Assembly: GCA_049430665.1 (NCBI GenBank)
Contig: JBMTCG010000004.1
Coordinates: 5,110-69,109 of the forward strand
Direction of reading: 5' to 3'
Origin: Flavobacteriales bacterium
GTDB lineage: Bacteria > Bacteroidota > Bacteroidia > Flavobacteriales_C > GCA-002722245
DNA length: 64,000 bases
Shown piece after piece: positions 9,898 through 21,073 of the stretch; positions within the stretch are counted from its first letter, which is position 1; every line of letters begins with the position of its first letter. The position numbers and the translations under genes are program-made. The notes beneath the pieces were generated by a model. That model was not told the DNA's origin. It was given only the letters and a program-made list of their open reading frames with translations, and searched no databases.

Positions 9898-11835
9898 CTA
9901 TTTTTCTAACGCGTTATTAATTTCTTTTTTTATCAATTCTACAAAATCTTCCAATTTCATTTTCCCTAAATCTTCGCCTCCATGTTTCCTCACAGCTACT
10001 ACTCCTTCGCTGATTTCCTTCTCTCCTAGCACAAGCATATAAGGAACTTTTTTCATCTCCGCCTCACGAATTTTCTTGCCCATCGTCTCGTCACGGTTGT
10101 CAACGAATCCGCGAATATCGGAATTATTTAGCAAACTCAAAATATTTTCGGCCTCTGAATTGAATTTTTCACTTAAAGGTAAGATTGCAAGCTGGTCGGG
10201 CATCAACCACAATGGGAAGTTTCCTGCACAATGCTCTATCAAAATGGCGATAAATCTTTCTAATGAACCAAAAGGAGCGCGGTGAATCATTACCGGACGG
10301 TGTTTTTTATCGTCGCTACCTATATATTCTAGATCAAAACGCTCTGGTAAATTGTAATCCACCTGAATAGTACCCAACTGCCATTTTCTGCCAATCACGT
10401 CTTTTACCATGAAATCCAGCTTCGGACCATAGAAAGCCGCTTCACCATATTCGGTAACCGTTTTCAATCCTTTTTTGGCAGCCGAATCAATAATAGCTTG
10501 TTCTGCTTGCTCCCAATTTTCGTCGCTACCTATATATTTAGAACGGTCTTCTTTATCGCGCAAGGAGATTTGAGCAGTGTATTCGTTAAAGCCAAATACT
10601 TTAAATACGTATTGAACTAAGTCAATTACCTTTTCGAACTCTTCATTCAATTGGTCTTGACGGCAGAAAATATGCGCATCATCTTGAGTAAAGCCTCTCA
10701 CACGAGTTAACCCATGTAACTCACCACTTTGCTCGTAACGGTACACAGTACCAAACTCGGCAAAGCGAACTGGCAAATCTTTGTATGAACGAGGTTTAGT
10801 TTTGTAGATCTCGCAGTGGTGCGGACAGTTCATCGGTTTCAAGAAAAACTGTTCGCCTTCTTGAGGAGTTTCTATAGGTTGAAATGAATCTTTACCGTAT
10901 TTTTCGTAATGTCCCGAAGTTTTGTACAACTCCACATTACCAATATGCGGCGTAATTACAGGCTGATAACCAGCTTGCGCTTGCGCCTTCTTCAAGAAAT
11001 TGGTCAGCCTATCTCTTAAATCTGCACCTTTAGGCAACCACAATGGAAGACCTTGCCCAACTTTTTGAGAAAAAGTAAACAACTCTAATTCTTTACCTAG
11101 CTTACGATGGTCGCGTTTTAAGGCCTCTTCCAACATCGCCAAGTAATCGGTGAGTTCCTTTTGTTTAGGAAAAGTAATGGCATATAAACGTGTTAGCTGT
11201 TTTCGTTTTTCATCACCTCTCCAATAAGCACCAGCAACTTTCATCACCTTAGCGGCTTTAATAAAAGAAGTATCGGGAATATGTGGTCCGCGACACAAAT
11301 CGGTGAAATTTCCTTGAGAATAAAAAGTAATCTCCCCATCGTTTAAGCCTTCCAACAACTCTAATTTATATTCGTCACCTTTTTCGGTGAAGTAAGCAAT
11401 AGCATCGGCCTTAGAAACAGAAGTTCTTTTGTACTCACTTTTCAAGCGAGCTAGGTCGAGCATTTTATCTTCAATCTTTTTGAAATCGGCATCGGTGATA
11501 GTTCTTCCACCTAAATCGATGTCGTAGTAGAAACCATTTTCAATAGCCGGACCAATTCCAAATTTAGTCCCAGGGTAAAGTGCTTCAATAGCCTCGGCCA
11601 ATAAATGCGCCGATGAATGCCACATAGTAGCTTTACCATCGTTATCGTTCCATGTATTTAAAACTATCGCAGCATTGGTATGAATCGTTCGCGATAAATC
11701 TTGTACTTCTCCGTTCACTTTAATAGAAAGGCAATTGCGCGCCAATCCTTCTGATATGCTTTTAGCGATATCCATTCCAGTAACCCCTTGAGGATACTCA
11801 CGAACAGAACCATCTGGCAAAGTAATTTGAATCAT
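9898..11835 (-). CDS. thrS: Threonine--tRNA ligase
   Basis: TGS domain, [57 protein letters not shown]. Confidence 0.99.
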   Translation of the reverse strand: MIQITLPDGSVREYPQGVTGMDIAKSISEGLARNCLSIKVNGEVQDLSRTIHTNAAIVLNTWNDNDGKATMWHSSAHLLAEAIEALYPGTKFGIGPAIENGFYYDIDLGGRTITDADFKKIEDKMLDLARLKSEYKRTSVSKADAIAYFTEKGDEYKLELLEGLNDGEITFYSQGNFTDLCRGPHIPDTSFIKAAKVMKVAGAYWRGDEKRKQLTRLYAITFPKQKELTDYLAMLEEALKRDHRKLGKELELFTFSQKVGQGLPLWLPKGADLRDRLTNFLKKAQAQAGYQPVITPHIGNVELYKTSGHYEKYGKDSFQPIETPQEGEQFFLKPMNCPHHCEIYKTKPRSYKDLPVRFAEFGTVYRYEQSGELHGLTRVRGFTQDDAHIFCRQDQLNEEFEKVIDLVQYVFKVFGFNEYTAQISLRDKEDRSKYIGSDENWEQAEQAIIDSAAKKGLKTVTEYGEAAFYGPKLDFMVKDVIGRKWQLGTIQVDYNLPERFDLEYIGSDDKKHRPVMIHRAPFGSLERFIAILIEHCAGNFPLWLMPDQLAILPLSEKFNSEAENILSLLNNSDIRGFVDNRDETMGKKIREAEMKKVPYMLVLGEKEISEGVVAVRKHGGEDLGKMKLEDFVELIKKEINNALEK

Positions 11836-11902
11836 AACTTTTAATAAGGGGCGTAAAAATAAGAAAAAGAGCCCGAACCTTTATATTAAGTTTTAAAAAG
11901 AA

Positions 11903-11927
11903 AAAAGGCATCGTTGCGATGCCTTTT
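11903..11927. terminator. Symmetric intrinsic terminator hairpin
   Basis: aaaaggcatcg-ttg-cgatgcctttt, a perfect 11-bp stem with A/T tracts on both sides. Confidence 0.85.
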
Positions 11928-11947
11928 ATTATACTATGCTCGATGTA

Positions 11948-12649
11948 TTAATTAACCTTTGGTAAATTCTTTCTTTCTAAGATTTCTCCTTGATCATCAT
12001 ATTTGGTCCAACGACCAGTTTTTTTTATCTCTATCTTACTCCTCTTCTGTTTCCACTTTACCGTTCCAATGCCATGTTTGCCAAAAACCAGTTTTTAAAT
12101 TGTTTAAATAAGCCCCCTCTTGTTTTATTTTACCTGTGTTGTACCATGTTTAAATAAGCCTTCTTTGCTTCCATTCACATAAGCTTCTTCCTTAAACAAA
12201 ATACCTGTTTCGTGCCAAGCTTGCACTTTACCATTAAGTTTTCCATTCACAAAAGTTACTTCGTAATGCTTTTTACCATTGGGAAAATAGATGGTCCACA
12301 AACCATTTTTCACGCCATTAGAAAAATTACCAGAAACTAATTTATTGCCTTCTTCATCGAAGCGCAGCCAAATACTATCTTTCTTATTGGCTTTAAAATT
12401 TCCTTCCAACTCTACCTTACCGTTGGGATGAAAATAGGTCCATTTGCCAAATCGAAGAATTTTACCTTCCGATTTTTTAGCCCCATCATCGTGATATGTG
12501 GTAGCGGTTTCAAATTCATTGTCTATTACATCCAACAAAGAATCACCAATCTCTTTGGTGGTTTCTCTTTCTTGTTCTTTGGCGGCAGGTTTTTGTGCAA
12601 AAACGTTTAGCGACAAAACAACAAATGCTATTACAAAAATATTTTTCAT
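11948..12649 (-). pseudogene. MORN-variant repeat (YwqK-like) exported protein, disrupted by frameshifts and a stop
   Basis: Repeats W.YFHPNGKVELEGNF and WTIYFPNGKKHYEV. The pattern continues in other frames past the ORF stop (WYNTGKIKQEGAYLNNLKTGFWQTWHWNGKVETE; KTGRWTKYDDQGEILERKNLPKVN*). Lesions near 12150, 12036-12038 and the A8 tract near 12020. Confidence 0.8.
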
Positions 12650-12659
12650 ACAATATAAA

Positions 12660-14637
12660 TTATGCCGTTGCGGGAGGAGTTGGCGGTGTATCGTCCTTCT
12701 TAGGTTCCTCTTTTTTCACTTCTGGTTTAACTTCTACTTTAGGCTTTTCCACCACTTTTTCTGCTGGTTTTTCCACAGCTTTATCTTCTGCCTTAACCTC
12801 TGCCACCACCTTCTTTTTGCGTTTGAAAACAGAAGCTATTTTTTTAAACAACCAAGCAACACCTACCAACAACTGATGCACGATTGGCACTTTAATTTTA
12901 GGCATTTTAACTTTGGCTGCTCTATCAATAAATCGTTTCAACCACTCGTAATACAAGGCAAATAAAGCAAAAATACTCATCACCCAAATCACTGCAATAT
13001 TGGCCCAGTAGGTTGATATATATTGCGTGGTAAAAGGAATCGCTTTAATGCTAGAGTAAAAGTGTGTTCTTAAACCGTATTTGGTAACATAAGGCGTTCT
13101 AAAAACAGGGTCAATTACTTGTTCTAATCTTCCGTTGATGACCTTAATCCTTCTGCTTGCAGTAGTATTTCTAACCAAATTCTCTAAGCTTTCGTTGGCA
13201 TAATGCTCTTTCAGATAGTTGTAATTTTCTTCGCCCTTTAATTTCGATAAAGCATCTTTCTTCTTCTCAATCAAGTTGGTTACATCACCAAAATATTTAG
13301 AGTATTAGCCATTTAAAGAATCCATATATACTTTCAATTTAGAAGAAGCTTCTTCATTGAAGTTTTTTGGTGTAATTAAATTGGTTTGAGAAAACTGCAT
13401 GTCTTTAGGCAAACGTTTGTTTTCTCTCTCCACTGCGTGACGGATGGCTGCTAAATTCTCATCGAAAATCTCTGTTGCCTCATCGGTTTTCACTTCTTTC
13501 AACTGAGTACACTGATTCAAACGTGCCTTCACTTCGGGAATATAATAGGCCAAACGATAGTTCAAATCGCTTTCCAACTTATCCCAAATAAACATGTCTT
13601 TTTCAAACTTATTGGCTTTGTATTGTTCTACAGCCAAGGCTTCAAAAGCCCAACGAGAAACCATCACTTCGGCTAAGTATGGCACTTTGGTTTCCTCACC
13701 TAAAATCTTGTTTATTTTATCGAAGTTGAACATCGCTCCCGACAAAATCATTTGAGGAATCAAGATTAAAGGAACCAAGATGTAAATGGTAACCGCCGAG
13801 TTGAAACTTGCCGAAATATTTAAACCCAAAATATTAGCAAAACACCCTACAGAAAATAGTACAAACCAGTATTCAAAGGTGAGTCCGCGAATCTCTAAAA
13901 TATAATTCCCCACCAACACAAACAGCAAAGCCTGCACCGCCGAAATAGTAAATAAAATAGCCACTTTAGAGAACAAATAAGAAATTCTACTCAAGTTCAA
14001 AAACTTCTCTCTCTTCAAAATTCTTCTATCCTTAATAATCTCTTCAGCAGAAATTGTGAGCCCCATAAACAAGGCCACCACAATACTCATAAAGATGTAG
14101 GCAGGAATATTGTCGTTTTTATAAAACACATATTCACTTGAATCGATTGCATTCATAACAATCATTGCCAACACAAAAGCCAGAGCAGGAGCTTCTAAGC
14201 TATTGATCATCATGTACTGATTGTTCTTTAATTTCGACAACACATCACGTGTTACAAAAATCCACCATTGCTTTATTCTCGAAAGAATATACAAAGAGTT
14301 AGGTGGCGCGTCTTTGGCATCTTCAATCACCTCCACACGCATTTCCTCCTCAAAATATCTGTTCCATTGTTCGGGAGACGCTTTACGTTTGTCGAGGTGA
14401 CGACCATAATCATCTACCAACTTAGCATCAATGATATTGAAAACCAATTCGGGATTGACGTTACCGCAGGCCACACATTCACCCGATGCTTGATCAACTT
14501 GATTTGATTTTTGTTTGAAATAAGTTAATGCTTCAACCGGATTACCATAATAAACACAATATCCACCCACATCGAGGATGAACATTTTGTCGAACATTTT
14601 ATAAATATCTGATGACGGCTGGTGAATTACCACAAAT
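12660..14637 (-). pseudogene. ABCG/White-like ABC transporter, C-terminal portion only, with an in-frame TAA at 13305-13307
   Basis: Begins at FVVIHQPSSDIYKMFD (H-loop) with no Walker A/B upstream; ABC-2 permease (LFMGLTISAEEIIKDR, LVPLILIPQMILSG). ORFs 13305..14660 and 12660..13274 share a frame, separated by one TAA. Confidence 0.85.
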
Positions 14638-14713
14638 AGGTTACTTATAATCTCCTTCACATATGTGATTTAACTTATACGCAATAACAAATAGAGCAAA
14701 CGCACTATAAAAA

Positions 14714-14735
14714 AAGGCGATCAAATGACCGCCTT
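14714..14735 (-). terminator. Intrinsic terminator after the response regulator
   Basis: Minus strand aaggcggtc-attt-gatcgcctt followed by a T tract. Confidence 0.8.
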
Positions 14736-14756
14736 ATAAAATTGAGAAGCTTTGAA

Positions 14757-15404
14757 TTAAATTATCTTCATCTCCATTGCTTTCACCACCAACTCAACCG
14801 CATTTTTAGCTTGTAACTTTGCCATAATATTGGTTCGATGCGCATTTACAGTTCTATCACTAATAAAAAGCTTATCACCAATTTCTTTGTTGGTTAATCC
14901 TTTCGAAATCTCTCTCAATATTTCTACCTCGCGAGAGGTCAATTCATTTCTATATCCTCCATCTGCTTGGTATTGCTTACTTACAACTCTTTTTACCAAA
15001 CTTTCTGGAATAGCTTTGCTGTAATAAACCTCACCCGAAGCCACCATTTCAACTGCATGCAGCAATTCTTCCTTGTCAATATTTTTGAGCAAATAACCCG
15101 AGGCACCTGCTTGATCTGCCATAATGATATACCTGTCTTCATGGTGCATAGATAGCATCACTACCTTAACCTCTTTACTGGCTTTGGTTATTCTTTGCGC
15201 CGCACTAATACCATCTAAAACAGGCATGTTAATATCCATCAAAACCACATTAGGTTTTCTGTTGGTGGCTAAAAAAACAGCCTGCTCACCATCGGCAGCT
15301 TCTCCCACTATTTCTATGTTTGGTGCTTTATTAAGTAAATCTCTAAAACCTTCCATCACCAAAAGATGGTCATCTGCTAAAACTACTTTTATTTTTGTCG
15401 ACAT
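14757..15404 (-). CDS. NarL/FixJ-family response regulator (REC + LuxR HTH)
   Basis: LADDH, MDINMP, LTSREVEILREISKGLTNKEIGDKLFISDRTVNAHRTNIM. Confidence 0.96.
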   Translation of the reverse strand: MSTKIKVVLADDHLLVMEGFRDLLNKAPNIEIVGEAADGEQAVFLATNRKPNVVLMDINMPVLDGISAAQRITKASKEVKVVMLSMHHEDRYIIMADQAGASGYLLKNIDKEELLHAVEMVASGEVYYSKAIPESLVKRVVSKQYQADGGYRNELTSREVEILREISKGLTNKEIGDKLFISDRTVNAHRTNIMAKLQAKNAVELVVKAMEMKII

Positions 15405-15405
15405 A

Positions 15406-17391
15406 CTATTCTGCTTTTTTATGCAAGGGAATAAATAAATTTATAGAAGTACCTTCTCCCACTTGCGAATTTATACTAAAACGAGCTTGAATTAAATCGG
15501 CTCTTTCTTTCATATTACTTAATCCACTACCAATGGTATGATTTTGATAAAAGGCCATTAATTTATCTTGTTTAAAACCTTTTCCATTGTCTTGAATCTG
15601 AAGCATAGACTCATCTACTTTAACTTGTGTAAACAACACCTTCATCTTTGATGCTCCTGAATATTTTACCGCATTATTGATGGCCTCTTGGGCAATTCTG
15701 TAAATGGCAAACTTCTCTTTCTGAGTAAGATTTATACTATCCAACTGCGCATCGTGAACAAACTCTACAACCATCGTTGGTGGCACCAAATTGCATAAAT
15801 GTTCTATGGCACCAAGCAAACCAAAGTCTTCAATAGCACTAGGCATTAAATTAGAAGAAATTCTTTTCACTTCAGCAATTGTGCTATCGATAGTTTTGTT
15901 TATTTTTTGCCGTTGTGCTTGCGTTGCTTCATTGTCTCCCGCCTCTAATGCAGAAACCTGCAAACGAATTGCGGTGAGCATTTGACCTATACCATCGTGC
16001 AACTCCTTGCTAAACCGCTGTCTCTCCTTCTCCTGCCCATGAATTATTAATGACAAGTTCTTTTGTTTTTGCTGATTGGCTATATCTCTTTTCTTCATTT
16101 CTACAAAAGCCAATAAATCTTCTTTCTCTTTCACCTTTTTCGAAATATCACTAATTCTCACCAAATCGTAGGTATTCGCATCAATCACTATTCGTTTAAT
16201 GAACAAAGCACCCCAAAACTCTTTTCCTTTCTTGGTAACATACTCAACTTCCGACCTCCAAACATGTCTTGTTTGCAAAGACTCTTCTATCATTTGAAAA
16301 AAAGTCTTGTCGGGAACATGTTTATGAAAAACCTCTCCTTTAACCGATTTCAACTCTTCCTCACTGTCTACTTGAAAAAGTTGAATCGCACCAGTATTAC
16401 AGGACAGTATTTTCTTGGTGTGTGCGTCGGTGAGAAAAATAGCGTCAGGCAATTCATCAATTATTGTAGCCAACAATTTCTTTCTTCTCTTTACTTCCTT
16501 TTCTGCTAATACTTTTTCTGTAACATTTAAACCGGTGCTTGATACCGCCACGATTTCATTGCAAATATTTCTAATGGGCGTAATCTTTATATGGTAATAA
16601 TTTGCCTCGCCATTTATAAATTGAACTTCCTTAACATAATCAATAGCCTCCCCCATCAAAGCTCTATCTAATTCTGTCTTAAAATCATCTTCATCCTTGA
16701 TAAAATCAAAAACATTTTCTCCTGTTTTTAACTCTAAGCCACTGTACAACTTTACTTGTTTAGCTGCAGCCCTATTAAATTCTATTAATTTATAATCGGC
16801 ACCTATGATGAATAGCGTTTCTGTGGCATTGTTGAAAACCGCTTTTAAATTCGACTCCACATGACTCATTTTCTTCTCAATGGCCATATTTATTGTAACC
16901 ACATGATAAACAGCCATTAAAGTAACCACCAATGATGTAATGAAATTCGACAAGTAAATTAGCCTCATAAAAGAAGGCTCAACATTTATTAAATTAAATT
17001 TACCTTCTAAAACAATCAACAATAGAATGGCAACCAATATGAATAATGATAAATAGAATATGATTCTTTTGCTTTGGCTGTAATCATACAACACAAACAA
17101 GACACTTAATAGAGGAATGTAATAATAATGCATTCCATTCCCAGAGCCAAGGAAGAGTCCGAATGCAAGTATAAACAAGCTAGCAAAACAAAAATATAGA
17201 ACACGTGCTTCATTGTGTTTTTCGTATTTATTGAGCAAATAAACCAAACCGAACATGAGGCCGGAAACAAAACACATGACGCTCCACAAAATTGACCCTA
17301 CCACAAAAATATACACAAAGGTCTGCACCATTGAAGCTAACGCTCCAACTAAAGCCATATAATGCAATATGATTTTTCTCTTTTGGTCCAT
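15406..17391 (-). CDS. Membrane PAS sensor histidine kinase (HisKA_3, NarX/UhpB class)
   Basis: ~6 TM helices, two PAS domains, ERQRFSKELHDGIGQML, QEAINNAVKYS, IQDNGKGF, GSGLSNMKER. Confidence 0.94.
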   Translation of the reverse strand: MDQKRKIILHYMALVGALASMVQTFVYIFVVGSILWSVMCFVSGLMFGLVYLLNKYEKHNEARVLYFCFASLFILAFGLFLGSGNGMHYYYIPLLSVLFVLYDYSQSKRIIFYLSLFILVAILLLIVLEGKFNLINVEPSFMRLIYLSNFITSLVVTLMAVYHVVTINMAIEKKMSHVESNLKAVFNNATETLFIIGADYKLIEFNRAAAKQVKLYSGLELKTGENVFDFIKDEDDFKTELDRALMGEAIDYVKEVQFINGEANYYHIKITPIRNICNEIVAVSSTGLNVTEKVLAEKEVKRRKKLLATIIDELPDAIFLTDAHTKKILSCNTGAIQLFQVDSEEELKSVKGEVFHKHVPDKTFFQMIEESLQTRHVWRSEVEYVTKKGKEFWGALFIKRIVIDANTYDLVRISDISKKVKEKEDLLAFVEMKKRDIANQQKQKNLSLIIHGQEKERQRFSKELHDGIGQMLTAIRLQVSALEAGDNEATQAQRQKINKTIDSTIAEVKRISSNLMPSAIEDFGLLGAIEHLCNLVPPTMVVEFVHDAQLDSINLTQKEKFAIYRIAQEAINNAVKYSGASKMKVLFTQVKVDESMLQIQDNGKGFKQDKLMAFYQNHTIGSGLSNMKERADLIQARFSINSQVGEGTSINLFIPLHKKAE

Positions 17392-17589
17392 TGTTTACCA
17401 CTTGAAAAAAACAAGTATATAAAAAATATAATTGTGATGCTCTAAATAGTCTGCAACATTTTTACTGCAAATAGTTTGATGCTCAACCACCGCAAGGTAA
17501 GTTATTCATACTAAACATTAACAACATTATAACGGATAATTGAACTAAAAGAACACACCCTCGTAACAATGCTTTCAAATTAAGCCATA

Positions 17590-20500
17590 ATGAAACCACA
17601 AGACATAGCTGCAGCTGTTGCTGAAAATGCCGAGCTCTCTATAAAAAAACGAAGCGAATTAAGAATGAAACAAATGCTTCTTTTGATATCAGCAGTGCTC
17701 TATCCTGCTTTTGGCTATATCAATCTTTATGTTGTTTCTCCTTCCATCGAAAATGAAAGTCTGTTTATTCAAAGGATCGTATTTGCAGCATTAATATGCA
17801 TTGCACTTCTGGTTTCAATCTTTTCAACTTTTGTAAAAAAAATATTTTATATTGTAATCATCTCATTTGCATACATAGCCATTGGTCACCTTCTGTATAT
17901 TGGTAGTGTTATTGGCTTTAAATCGGCTCACTTTGTGGGTGTGATCATGGTTCTTTTTGGAACCTCTCTGGTTTTTAAAAGAAAAATAGACCTTAATTAT
18001 TATTTGCTCTTCAACATTTTTTCATGTGCCATAGCAACCATTTACGCCCCTCCTTCTGATTTACAAAACTCAATTGTAATAGCTGTTTACGTCACTATTT
18101 GTGTAGTAATTTACATTTCTTTAAATGCGAAAATTAACGCCGAACGAGAATTACGTAAAAACGAAGCGAACCTCAATGCCCTAATTGAAAACACTAGCGA
18201 TTTAATTTGGTCTATCGACAGCAATTACCGACTACTAACAGCCAACAAAGCATATCTTGAAATGCGAAAAACTTATTTGGGAAAATACCCGAAATTGGGC
18301 GACGAAATAACTCTGAACGAATTTCCTGAAAAGATTAAACACCAGTGGAAAAGTAATTACACGAGAGCCTTAAATGGAGAATTTTTTACTGCCGAAGCCA
18401 GCTACTTTTATCAAGACAAACATACTATGTTGAACACTCATTCAATCCTATTAAAAACTCTAGCAATAAAACAAAAGGTGCAAGTATTTTCACAAGAGAT
18501 GTTACAGAAAACGTCAATAAGCAACAAAGAATTCAAGAATTACTGGAAAAAGCTGAAGAAAACGCAAAGCAGTTGTTAACGAAACATGCTCAACTGGAAG
18601 CAATAAAAGATTCATCTCCCGTTGGCATTTTCGTTACCGACCAATTGGGATCGTGCACTTACACAAACCCAGCCTACCAAAAATGCACAGGATTAAGTGC
18701 CGAGGAAAGCTTAGGCATTGGTTGGATAAAAGCCCTGCATGAAGACGACAAAAGCTTAGTACTGCAAGCATGGAATAGTTTCGTGCACGAAAACGCTCCC
18801 TTCGATATAGAATACCGATTTAAAATAAATAGCGAAGAAATTAGATGGGTTTCTGTAAAAGCAAACCCAATTTACAATAATGGTGAATTGTCTGGATACG
18901 TTGGCATGGTAAACGACATCACCAACAAGAGAGAAATTAGCAGAAGACTATTAGAATCGCAACAAATCGCAAAATTAGGAAGTTGGGAATTCACCCCTCA
19001 CACAGGTGCACTTATATGGTCGAAGGAACATTACGATATTTTTGAAATAGATGAGTCGGTTAAAGAAAATTTATATGAAGCATATCGAAATAAAATTCAT
19101 CCAGAGGATATACCTGAGCTAGACAAAGTGGTTCACGATGCTGTTCAAAAAGGAATGGATTTCAGTTACGAACATAGAGCGATAATGACTGATGGCCGAA
19201 TTAAACATGTTTTAGGTCAAGGAAGAGTAATTAAGAATGCGAAGGGAGAAAGCATTAAAATTAGCGGAACAGTTCAAGATTTCACAGAAAGACATCATCT
19301 TAGTCAGGAAATTTATTTACTAAAAGAACTTATCGATAAATCACAAGACCAAGTAACCATAATAAATGCTGATGGATTTTATGTTTACGCCAACAAAACC
19401 GCATTAAAAGCTTTTCAATTGGCAAATAAAAAACTTAGCTCCATAAATGCTAAAGACCTTATTCCAGAATTAAAAGGCAATGAAAAATTATTTACAGAAA
19501 GAATTCAACTACTGAGAGAAAAAAAACAAATAGTAAGCGAAAGAAAACTGCAAACCACTGAGGGTAAAGCAATGGAGGTAGAAATTGCAGCAAGCTACCT
19601 CAAATTAAAAAACAAAGAATACATTATCACTTTCTCGCGAGATATTAGCGAACGAAATAAACTAATACAAGAGAAAGAAGAAGCAGAATTTAAAAGTAAA
19701 TTAAAGGAAGAATTTCTGGCCCACATGAGTCATGAAATTCGCACTCCTCTTAACGCAATTATTGGATTAGGGAATTTATTAAACAAAAACAAGGACACCC
19801 AAAAACAAAAGGAATACATAGAAACAATAAACATTAACGCAAAAAACTTAGCTGGCATAGTCAACGACATTTTAGATTTCTCCAAAATTGAAAGCGGTAA
19901 AATGCATGTTGAAAATTCTATGTTCAACATAGCACAAACGCTTCACGAAACAACGGCATCGATAGCCCCAGCTATCAAAGAAAAAAAAATTAACTTTCAA
20001 TATCAATTACAATAAAAACCTACCAACAAATTTAATTGGCGACAGCATAAAACTAAAGCAGATACTATTAAACCTTCTGAGTAATGCATTAAAGTTCACC
20101 AAAGAAGGAAGCATTACTTTAAATGCCGAATGTTTGCTTAAAAGTGACAGAAGCTGTGTGCTTAAATTTGAAGTAAAAGACACAGGTATAGGCATAGCCG
20201 AGGACAAAAAAGAATCTGTATTTCAATCTTTCACTCAGGCATCAAGCGCAACAACAAGAAAATATGGTGGCACTGGCTTGGGACTGACCATTGTAAAAAA
20301 AATGGTAGACCTTCAAGGAGGAAAGATAGAATTGCAAAGCACGTTAGGAAGTGGATCAAGCTTTATCATTCATTTACCTTATGGTATTGACGAAAATTCA
20401 GCTTTAAATGAAAAGCACAAAAGCGAGGAGATCAGCCTACCGTCGAACTTTAGTATTTTATTAGTTGAAGACAATGCTTTTAATCAAATGGTTGCTGTAG

Positions 20501-20640
20501 ACACCTTAAAAGATTGGAATAGCGCTATAAAAATTGACATTGCAGACGATGGTGTAAAGGCACTAGATAAGCTGAAATCAAACAGCTATGATTTAATTAT
20601 CATGGATATTCAAATGCCAGAAATGGATGGTCATGATACT
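17590..20640 (+). pseudogene. Hybrid multi-PAS histidine kinase/receiver, split by two frameshifts and 3'-truncated
   Basis: TM domain + PAS. Frameshift near 18420 (gacaaacatac; one more A restores YYVEHSFNPIK). FLAHMSHEIRTPLN. Frameshift near 20010 restores NLIGDSIKLKQILLNLLSNALKFT. DTGIGI and GGTGLGL motifs. REC breaks after MDIQMPEMDGHD. Confidence 0.88.
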
Positions 20641-21073
20641 TCAAATTTTTGCGTGCAACTGCGGTGAATATAATCTTTATTGGACCCTGTGACCCTTGAC
20701 CGTCGACAACAGACACCCCGTGATTTCCTGCTGTAAGTTCTTTAACCAAGGCCTCACAATCTTGATCGGTGATGATACGCAGCATTTGCAAACCCAAAGC
20801 CAATCGCTCTTCTAAGAGTAATCCGATATAATTACCTGTTGCAAATCCAGCCGCCCAAGCAACATAATGATGCCAACTGTTGGCCTCGTTAAAAATTTGT
20901 TTGGCTACTACTATCCACAATAAAACTTCGAAAAAACCCAATAGCGGCGCAAACTTCTTAAAGCCTCTGGCCACAAAAATATGGCGCATGGTACCTAAAG
21001 AAACGTCTACTAATCTTGAGCAAAAGATAAGTAAGGGAAATATGATCCAATTGAAATAATCGAAATCGTGCAT
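20639..21073 (-). pseudogene. DUF2179/UPF0316 (DUF5698)-like membrane protein, 3'-truncated
   Basis: LIFCSRLVDVSLGTMR, LGFFEVLLWIVV, WAAGFATGNYIG; homology-like sequence ends after TAVARKNLK, where it meets the kinase REC coding sequence. Confidence 0.75.

Noticed and set aside
13305-13307. In-frame TAA as stop-codon reassignment or programmed readthrough
   Set aside because: TAA terminates many intact genes here, RF1 is normal, and the gene is also 5'-truncated amid other lesions
13305-14660. ORF-track start MKEIISN as a real gene start
   Set aside because: The first codons come from non-coding DNA across the junction and the protein would begin mid-ATPase domain
14657-14668. Perfect palindrome TCACATATGTGA as an operator
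   Set aside because: It lies downstream of a terminator next to the breakpoint, with no intact gene it could regulate; a single 12-mer is weak evidence
14640-20640. 6-kb block as a transposon or integrative element
   Set aside because: No transposase or integrase, inverted repeats, target-site duplication or tRNA att site, and the flanks are not two halves of one gene
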